Positions 25,618 through 32,000 of a stretch of DNA of 32,000 bases are shown here, piece by piece. A program made the translations under genes and the position numbers. How positions within the stretch are numbered: the first letter of the stretch is position 1; every line of letters begins with the position of its first letter. The stretch spans positions 210,001 through 242,000 of the forward strand of contig NZ_CP043314.1 in the NCBI RefSeq assembly GCF_008189525.1, read 5' to 3'. The notes under the pieces were generated by a model. That model had not been told where the DNA came from. It worked only from the letters and a program-made list of their open reading frames with translations, and did no database searches. This DNA comes from Candidatus Saccharimonadota bacterium (lineage in GTDB: Bacteria; Pseudomonadota; Alphaproteobacteria; CAJXXZ01; 1604HC).

Positions 25618-28528
25618 TTATAAACCCCTTTTCTTTCATTGATTTTATGAAGTTATCTGAAAAGACTTTTTGTTCTTCAGAGCTAATATTTTTTCTAAAA
25701 CTAGTTTTCTTGTTGATTAGTTTTTCTGATGAATTACCTAGTTCATTTAAATTTGTGTGATCGTCATTATCTACAAAATCATTTATCCAATTTAACCTTA
25801 TACCTACTTTTTTCTCAGAGTTGAGATTTATGGTTGGATGTATGTCAAAAACAGTGAGTTTTATGTTTCTCCCAACTAATTCTGTTGCAGTGTCAAGTAG
25901 CATTTTTACAGGTGTATCAGAGTTTAGTTTGAAAGAAAAATCTTTATATATATTTGTATTATAAGTTACTTTATTTTGTCTTTTATTCTTGTTTAGAAGT
26001 AGCCCAATAGAATCTAAGCAAATTTCTGCAAAAAATACATCAGATTTTATTTTGAAATGCTTTTTATGTTTTGTAGTTATTTCTTGCAAACATCCCAAAG
26101 TTTGTATACCGTAATTATCTATATTGTTCCCATTGTTTTCTAGATTATTTCTCTGATTATTTTTTTCAGTAGCTTTGTTAGTAGTTTGATCGTAAGAGTC
26201 ATGATCAGCATTCCAAAGTACCTTTCTATCTTCTGAAAATGTCTTTTTATGATTCACTCCAAGAAAGTTAAAGAAATTTTCAATATTTTGATTACATTCA
26301 TGGAATGTAGTTTTTTTATTGGCCCAATTTATTTCTGTATCTAACCATGCAATACAAAGCTTATTTTTAGTATTTATGTAACTTAAAGTATCATTTGCAG
26401 GATGCTCATTGTTATTTCTCTTTTCATTCTCTTTGGTTTCTTTAAGAGTAAATGTTTTTCCAATTTCAAATATACCCTTACATTTCATATTATTATTTTC
26501 ATATGATTTAGCAATTTTCAAAACATCATAATATAAAGAATCTCTCAAATAAGTTTGTTTAGATGTCATTGGGTTATCTATTTCTACTAAATGATCCTCT
26601 GATGTAAGAGATGAATCCCTGCTTTCCATAAAATTATTGTTAAAAACTTCGAAAAACCCTTTTGTTGTCCAAAAATTTGATATTAAATCTTCATATTGAT
26701 TATATTTGCTAGGTATGTAATTCATTGGCTTTGGTTCAATAGAATCTACGCCCTTATATCTCATTATTTCTTCTATTAAGCATGCATCATCTTTTATGTC
26801 TTCAGATCTCCAAGATGGGATTTCTACTTCAAATAAAGTGTTGTTTTGTTCTGAAGTGCTTTGTTTTATAATGTTAAACCCAAAGCTTCTTAGGGCTTTT
26901 TCTATGTAACTTGCATTAAGTTTAAATCCTGTCACATCTTCCACTTCTGTAGAGTTAAGAAATACTATTTGACTAGACTTTGGTTCTGTCCTGTTTTCTT
27001 TGTACTTTGAAACATCTATGTGAGTAGAAGAATTGTGATACAAGTCGAATTTTTCTACAAAAGATTCATTGCTGTATGTCATAAAGAAATCTGTTACGAA
27101 ATTTATTGCATTCTGTGCATGAGATTCATCATTAAATGTTTTGCTATCTGTGTGGTTATATTTTGCTATGCATAAAAATGCATTTATTCCTAATTTTCCA
27201 AAATTATCTTTATTTATAAAATGTTTCTGTTTTTTGATATCAGAACCATTATCACTTGATTTTTTATCATATGAATTGTTTTGACCAGATATAAGAATCA
27301 TATTCCAGTCTTCATGATTTTCTGTGAAAAATAATTCATAACCATAAGAATGAAGAACATAGTTAGACAAATTTTCTAGCGGATTGTTTGTTATTTTAAT
27401 CCCTACATTCCTTAACCTTTGTTGCATCCAGAAAGGGGTAAAACTTATCGGTTTAAAATCTACATAACTAGAGTTCATATTGCCAGAATTTGCATCATTA
27501 TTTGCATCATTTGGATTTATATGCTGTGTAGCTTTAGTTCTAATACTGATCTTGAAAACTGATTTATACACCCTGCTTATCTCTGATTCATGTTCTTTAG
27601 GAAGTGTATAAGTTTGCATTTCTATTGGTTCACTAAACTCATTTGTACTATTCTTATGAAGTTTATTTATTTCCTGCATTTTATCATTTGTTTTTATATT
27701 TAATGAATTATTTGAACTGAAAAAAGTATCCAATTCTTCTAAATCTTTAGATTTTACTGCATAACCTATACCTAATCCTGCAGTGATTTCTCTTGCTATT
27801 CCAAAAACATTAGTTACATCTTTTCTGTTTGGAGTTACTTCTATATCGAAAATATAATCATTTGCTTTGTTTTGTTCTTTTTCTATTATAGAATTTAAGT
27901 CTTTTATTGTTTCTATGTTTAAATCTAAAATTCCATCTATATCTGAGTCAGAAAGACCTAACTCATAAGAAGAACAAAGCATTCCTGAGCTTTCTATGCC
28001 TCTTATTTTGGCTTTCTTGATTTCCATATTGTTTGATGGAATTATTGCTCCTAATTTGGCTAAAACAGTTTTCATTCCTACATAAACATTGTTGGCTCCA
28101 CAAACTATTGTGAAAGTTTCTTCATTTAATGTGTTGTGAGAATCTAATGCTTTATCTGATTGGATTTTTTCCTTAGGTTTATAAATATCTTTATCAATAA
28201 TCCTTACTGTACATAAGTTAAGCTTGTCAGCATTTGGATGTTTTTCTATTTTAATTATTTCTACAATTTCTAAATTGTTTAATTTATGGATTTCTGTACA
28301 AGATTCTATTTCAAATCCACGCTCTACCAATAAATCTTGTAATTCAGAAATTCCATTTGAATCCTTAGAGAAGTAATTTTTACCCTCAAATTTTGCGAAA
28401 TCTTTTAGTTTGGAAAAATATAAAGAAATTGAATCCAAGTTTTTTTCGTTTTTGTATGAGTTTTCAGAATTATTATCATTCTTAGTTAAATTAAAGTAAC
28501 TTAAAGCCCATTCTAAGGTAAATTTCAT
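25610..28528 (-). CDS. pheT: Phenylalanyl-tRNA synthetase beta subunit, enlarged by insertions
   Basis: MKFTLEWALSYF start, tRNA-binding domain (EKHPNADKLNLCTV, IRGIESSGMLCS), B3/4 segment (IFDIEVTPNRKDV), B5 (PSWRSEDI). It lies directly downstream of pheS with a TAATG overlap. It is 972 aa, against roughly 800 aa. Confidence 0.9.
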   Translation of the reverse strand: MKFTLEWALSYFNLTKNDNNSENSYKNEKNLDSISLYFSKLKDFAKFEGKNYFSKDSNGISELQDLLVERGFEIESCTEIHKLNNLEIVEIIKIEKHPNADKLNLCTVRIIDKDIYKPKEKIQSDKALDSHNTLNEETFTIVCGANNVYVGMKTVLAKLGAIIPSNNMEIKKAKIRGIESSGMLCSSYELGLSDSDIDGILDLNIETIKDLNSIIEKEQNKANDYIFDIEVTPNRKDVTNVFGIAREITAGLGIGYAVKSKDLEELDTFFSSNNSLNIKTNDKMQEINKLHKNSTNEFSEPIEMQTYTLPKEHESEISRVYKSVFKISIRTKATQHINPNDANNDANSGNMNSSYVDFKPISFTPFWMQQRLRNVGIKITNNPLENLSNYVLHSYGYELFFTENHEDWNMILISGQNNSYDKKSSDNGSDIKKQKHFINKDNFGKLGINAFLCIAKYNHTDSKTFNDESHAQNAINFVTDFFMTYSNESFVEKFDLYHNSSTHIDVSKYKENRTEPKSSQIVFLNSTEVEDVTGFKLNASYIEKALRSFGFNIIKQSTSEQNNTLFEVEIPSWRSEDIKDDACLIEEIMRYKGVDSIEPKPMNYIPSKYNQYEDLISNFWTTKGFFEVFNNNFMESRDSSLTSEDHLVEIDNPMTSKQTYLRDSLYYDVLKIAKSYENNNMKCKGIFEIGKTFTLKETKENEKRNNNEHPANDTLSYINTKNKLCIAWLDTEINWANKKTTFHECNQNIENFFNFLGVNHKKTFSEDRKVLWNADHDSYDQTTNKATEKNNQRNNLENNGNNIDNYGIQTLGCLQEITTKHKKHFKIKSDVFFAEICLDSIGLLLNKNKRQNKVTYNTNIYKDFSFKLNSDTPVKMLLDTATELVGRNIKLTVFDIHPTINLNSEKKVGIRLNWINDFVDNDDHTNLNELGNSSEKLINKKTSFRKNISSEEQKVFSDNFIKSMKEKGFISE
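27488..27511. repeat. Exact 12-bp tandem duplication inside pheT
   Basis: ATTTGCATCATT occurs at 27488-27499 and again at 27500-27511. The minus strand reads AATGATGCAAAT twice, giving NDAN-NDAN in the protein. Confidence 0.9.
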
Positions 28529-29571
28529 TAACTATAGCATATATGTTCAAAGCTAGAATATCCATACGTTTTCAGCCAATACAAATCATTTTTCACAAAA
28601 TCATTCATATTATTTAATCCTAATTTTATCATGGTTATTCTTTCTAATCCTATTCCAAATGCAAAACCTTTTTTCATATTATATTTTTCCATTATATTTT
28701 TTCTAATCATTCCAGCACCTAAAAGTTCAAGCCAGTTTCCAGATTTGAATTTTATATCAACTTCTACAGAAGGTTCAGTAAATGGGAAAAATCCTGGTCT
28801 GAATCTTATTTCTAAATCTTCTTTTTCAAAAAACATTTTTAAAAATGAAAGCAAGAAATGTTTTAGAGTTGCTAAAGAAGCTTCTTCAGATACTACAAAC
28901 CCTTCAATTTGATGAAACATAGGTAGATGTGTCGTATCATCGTCTCTTCTGTATACATCCCCGATTGAAAATACTTTGAAATTATCTGAATATTTTCCAG
29001 ACTCTAAAGCCCTTATTTGTACTGCTGTTGTATGTGTTCTTAATATATTTCTTTTTTCTTTAGAGTCTGCTGATTCTTTTATATAAAAAGTATCTCTTTC
29101 ATTTCTAGAAGGGTGGTCTTTAGGTATGTTTAGAGCATCAAAATTGTAGTAGCAGTTTTCTACTGATGGACCATCTTCAAATTCAAACCCTAAATCTTTC
29201 ATTATTTTTATTGCTCTAGATCTGCAGGATCTTAAAGGGTGTATTTTACCCACTTCATCATAAACTGGCAAAGTTATGTCTGATTTTGTTGGAGTAGGTT
29301 TTTTGTTAGAGTCTAGCTCATCTTTGTATTTCTCATAAAATTCTAAGAATTTATTTTTTAATGCATTTAATTCTTTTGCATTAGTTATTTTTTCTTCTTT
29401 AGAAAGATTTTTTAATTTAGATATTTCAGAGGTAAAAATTCCTTTTTTTCCTAAAAAATCTATTTTAATTTTTTCTAACTTTTCTAATGTGTTTACTTCT
29501 TTTAAGTATTCAGGATCAAATAGAGAATCTATGAATTTTTTTATTTTTTGTATGTCCATTATCATTCCCAT
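28528..29571 (-). CDS. pheS: Phenylalanyl-tRNA synthetase alpha subunit
   Basis: HPLRS, DHPSRNERDTFYI, LRTHTTAVQIR, FRPGFFPFTEPSVEVD and GAGMI...FAFGIGLERI (class II motifs 1-3). The true start may be the internal MDIQK. Confidence 0.95.
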   Translation of the reverse strand: MGMIMDIQKIKKFIDSLFDPEYLKEVNTLEKLEKIKIDFLGKKGIFTSEISKLKNLSKEEKITNAKELNALKNKFLEFYEKYKDELDSNKKPTPTKSDITLPVYDEVGKIHPLRSCRSRAIKIMKDLGFEFEDGPSVENCYYNFDALNIPKDHPSRNERDTFYIKESADSKEKRNILRTHTTAVQIRALESGKYSDNFKVFSIGDVYRRDDDTTHLPMFHQIEGFVVSEEASLATLKHFLLSFLKMFFEKEDLEIRFRPGFFPFTEPSVEVDIKFKSGNWLELLGAGMIRKNIMEKYNMKKGFAFGIGLERITMIKLGLNNMNDFVKNDLYWLKTYGYSSFEHICYS

Positions 29572-29688
29572 TTAGTGTTGTTTATTTTTAAATTTATATC
29601 AATGTCAAAGTAAATGTTTAAATTAAAATAAGAATATAAGCACGTAAATTAAGTAACATGCTTTTAGGATTTGGTTTTGAGTTGTTTT

Positions 29689-30039
29689 TTAAGATTTCAT
29701 GACTTGCATTACAAAAGAGTCAAAGGTTTCTGGGCTTTTGATTGCAAATTCTGACAAAGCTTTTAGATTTATGTCAAAATTGTTTTGTTTTAAGCTGTGC
29801 TTAAATGTACTGAAATTGAATCCTAGGGATCTTACTGCAGCATTGATTCTTTGTATCCAAAGACTTCTAAAGTTTCTTTTCTTTTTTCTTCTGTCTATGT
29901 AAGCATGCTGAAGACCTTTTTCTAGTCTGTTTCTAGCTATTCTGTAGCAATTTTTTGATCTTCCTACATAACCTTTGGTTTGGTCAAGTATTTTTTTGTG
30001 TCTAGCATGCTTTGTGACACCTCTTTTTATTCTTGTCAT
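29689..30039 (-). CDS. rplT: 50S ribosomal protein L20
   Basis: MTRIKRGVTKHARHKKILDQTKGYVGRSKNCYRIA..., YIDRRKKKRNFRSLWIQRINAA. A strong SD (AGGAG, complement of 30050-30054) lies upstream. Confidence 0.95.
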   Translation of the reverse strand: MTRIKRGVTKHARHKKILDQTKGYVGRSKNCYRIARNRLEKGLQHAYIDRRKKKRNFRSLWIQRINAAVRSLGFNFSTFKHSLKQNNFDINLKALSEFAIKSPETFDSFVMQVMKS

Positions 30040-30274
30040 TTAAAAAACTCCTTAATTTTACGTCTATTTCCTAGAACAAATTGTTAATTTAAAAAATTAT
30101 ATAATTAAAACATAATGCTTAACAGAAATTAAATCAATAATCACTAAAGTTAAGTATTAGAAAAATAAAATTCTAATTCAAATTTTTGTAACTTTATACA
30201 AATATACAAAAGCTTAAGAATAAGAAAATAGAACATAATTCCTGTTTATATTATAAATTTTTACAAAACTTGTT

Positions 30275-30478
30275 TTAGGTTGGCAAGCCGTTAGGCATTA
30301 TTTTCTTTATTAGCTTTGCATGGGATGAATGAACTTCAGTCAAACCTCTTGTTTGTTTCTTCATTTCATTTCTTCTTTTTCTCAATCCGTGTCTTTTGCA
30401 GGCATTTCCTCTGAGAATTTTACCATTTGCATTGGTACGTAATCTTTTCCAAGCAGACTTTTTAGTTTTAAGCTTCAT
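30275..30478 (-). CDS. rpmI: 50S ribosomal protein L35; start trimmed relative to the listed ORF
   Basis: MKLKTKKSAWKRLRTNANGKILRGNACKRHGL matches the L35 N-terminus (MPKmKTkssAaKRF). The ATG at 30478 is preceded by AAAGAGG. The 16 upstream codons of the listed ORF have no L35 counterpart. Confidence 0.9.
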   Translation of the reverse strand: MKLKTKKSAWKRLRTNANGKILRGNACKRHGLRKRRNEMKKQTRGLTEVHSSHAKLIKKIMPNGLPT

Positions 30479-30658
30479 TTGAACCTCTTTTGAAGAAATC
30501 TTAACATTTAGATTAGCTTTTTTCAATAATTAAATGCTTGTTTTTAAAAGATTTTTAGTTAATTTATATAGAATTTAAGAAAGTTAAGAGTTTTATTTTC
30601 TCATAATTTACAAAACTCTATACTTATGAATTTATGATTTGTAATAAAAAGTAAAGAT

Positions 30659-30686
30659 TGATAAAAAAAAACTAATAACCTAGAAT
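30659..30686 (+). promoter_or_regulatory. Candidate sigma70-type promoter for trxA
   Basis: TTGATA (30659-30664), 16-nt spacer, TAGAAT (30681-30686), then the SD AAGAGG and the ATG at 30711. Confidence 0.4.
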
Positions 30687-30710
30687 AAAGCTTCGTGAAA
30701 AGAGGTTTTT

Positions 30711-31019
30711 ATGATCAAGAATTTTGATAGTAGTACTGAAAAAGAAATGGAATCTAACTCAGTTTCTATTTTGGATTTTTGGGCTGATTGGTGTGGTCCT
30801 TGTCTTAATTTTATGCCAATTTTTGAAAAAGTAGCAGAAGAATTTCCTGGAGTTTCATTTTATAAAGTGAACATAGATGAAGCTAGAGAGTTTGCTCAAA
30901 AAAATAGAATTATGAGCATCCCTACAATTATGGTATTAAAAAATGGAAAAGTGGTTGATCAGCACAAAGGATCTATGTCTGAAGAAATGTTTAGAGAATT
31001 TGTTGAAAAACACTCTTAA
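30711..31019 (+). CDS. trxA: Thioredoxin
   Basis: 102 aa with the active site WADWCGPC, KVNIDE and SIPTIMVLKNGK. Confidence 0.93.
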   Translation: MIKNFDSSTEKEMESNSVSILDFWADWCGPCLNFMPIFEKVAEEFPGVSFYKVNIDEAREFAQKNRIMSIPTIMVLKNGKVVDQHKGSMSEEMFREFVEKHS

Positions 31020-31111
31020 TATAATATAAAAGCAAAACAAGAATACAGATATAAAGGAATTGAATGTAATTCTGACTATTAAATCTTAGTTAGTTGGGTT
31101 AAAGTCTGTCT

Positions 31112-32000
31112 ATGAGTCTTTCTTGTGGTTTTGTAGGTCTTCCGAACGTAGGTAAATCTACAATTTTTAATGTAATAATGAAAAAAGTTGTTGCTGAGTC
31201 TTCAAATTATCCTTTTTGTACAATTGAACCTAATAAAGGAAGCGTCCCAATAAAAGATGATAGATTAAATAATTTATCTAAAATAGAAAATTCTGCAAAA
31301 GTAATTTTTCCTACCCTAGAATGCGTAGATATTGCTGGGCTTGTTAAAGGGGCTAGCAAAGGAGATGGACTTGGAAATAAATTTCTAAGCCATATTAGGC
31401 AAATAGATCTGATAGTTCATGTAGTAAGGTGCTTTGATTCTGAGGAAATTATCCATGTTCATGGAAAGGTAGATCCAGTTTTCGATGTTGATTTGATTAA
31501 TACAGAGTTAGTTTTCGCAGATATAGAAGTGCTAGAAAAATGGATTAAGAAAAATAAAGCATTGAAGACAAAAGAAATAGATTGGGCTAAATCTTATTTA
31601 AAGCACATAAATGAAAATAAATCTTTAGATCAGTTTAAAGAAGATAATAAGGATAAAAATACAGAAGAAATAATGTCTTGGTTAAAAAGCATTGGTATTT
31701 TGAGCGTGTTACCAAGATTTTATGTAGCTAATATGTCTGAAGATGAAATCAAGAATGGAAATAAGTATTTTGAGGAACTAAAAGCTGCTTACCCAAATGA
31801 AGTTGTTATCCCTATTGCTGCGAAATTAGAAGAAGAATTAATGTCTATGCCAGATGATGATTACAGAGAAATGTTAAGAGAATTTGGTGTAAAGAAAATA
31901 GGTTTGGATTTTGTTCTTTCTACTGCGTATAAATTTTTAGGATTGGAAAGTTTTTTTACAGTAGGGCCGAAAGAGGCCAGAGGATGGACTATTAAAAAAG
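31112..32000 (+). CDS. ychF: Ribosome-binding ATPase YchF (Obg-like GTPase family), 3' end cut by the window edge; absent from the supplied ORF track
   Basis: Translated by hand from the ATG at 31112: MSLSCGFVGLPNVGKSTIFNVIM...NYPFCTIEPNKGSVPIKDDRL...ECVDIAGLVKGASKGDGLGNKFLSHIRQIDLIVHVVRCF...SFFTVGPKEARGWTIKK. The frame stays open to the window end. Confidence 0.92.
   Translation, partial: MSLSCGFVGLPNVGKSTIFNVIMKKVVAESSNYPFCTIEPNKGSVPIKDDRLNNLSKIENSAKVIFPTLECVDIAGLVKGASKGDGLGNKFLSHIRQIDLIVHVVRCFDSEEIIHVHGKVDPVFDVDLINTELVFADIEVLEKWIKKNKALKTKEIDWAKSYLKHINENKSLDQFKEDNKDKNTEEIMSWLKSIGILSVLPRFYVANMSEDEIKNGNKYFEELKAAYPNEVVIPIAAKLEEELMSMPDDDYREMLREFGVKKIGLDFVLSTAYKFLGLESFFTVGPKEARGWTIKK

Noticed and set aside
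30479-30526. A 16-codon N-terminal extension of the L35 ORF (MKKANLNVKISSKEVQ).
   Set aside because: L35 alignment begins at MKLKTKK. That ATG (30478) has a good SD (AAAGAGG), and the extension has no counterpart in L35.

Overview
AT-rich bacterial chromosome segment, roughly 27-28% G+C judged by eye from sampled lines, not computed. It uses the standard code: TGA terminates the xer-like and mlaF ORFs, and Trp is TGG. About 88% is coding. I count 28 protein genes (two cut by the window edges) and one tRNA-Ser(CGA). The content is almost entirely housekeeping: tyrS, groES, groEL, mutL, lspA, rpiB, a transaldolase, a Xer-type recombinase, accA, an FtsB-like gene, a class A PBP, lepA, pheST, rplT, rpmI, trxA and ychF. 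There is also an envelope and transport block: mlaE, mlaF, mlaD, an ATP/ADP-translocase (NTT/Tlc) family carrier and an EamA/DMT carrier. The NTT carrier and the retained Gram-negative envelope genes point to an obligate intracellular Gram-negative bacterium. Rickettsiales- or Holosporales-like is my guess and cannot be shown from this window. I find no CRISPR array, transposase or IS, phage genes, toxin-antitoxin pair or recognisable defence module. I do not think the window holds a clear-cut novel multi-gene system. The observations most worth a second look are as follows. (1) MutL keeps an intact ATPase domain but has every endonuclease-motif residue substituted. (2) Three apparently orphan membrane ORFs (12014-15305) look like a strongly diverged, size-distorted Mrp B-C-D antiporter module. 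(3) There is an orphan 380-aa exported or anchored protein. (4) Core enzymes (PheT, MutL, RpiB, transaldolase) carry Asn/Lys/Ser-rich insertions, with in-frame tandem duplications visible in the DNA. (5) Two normally tight operons are split by long spacers: groES-groEL (221 bp) and rpmI-rplT (235 bp, with no infC upstream). All functional calls rest on motif recognition by eye. No database search was run.
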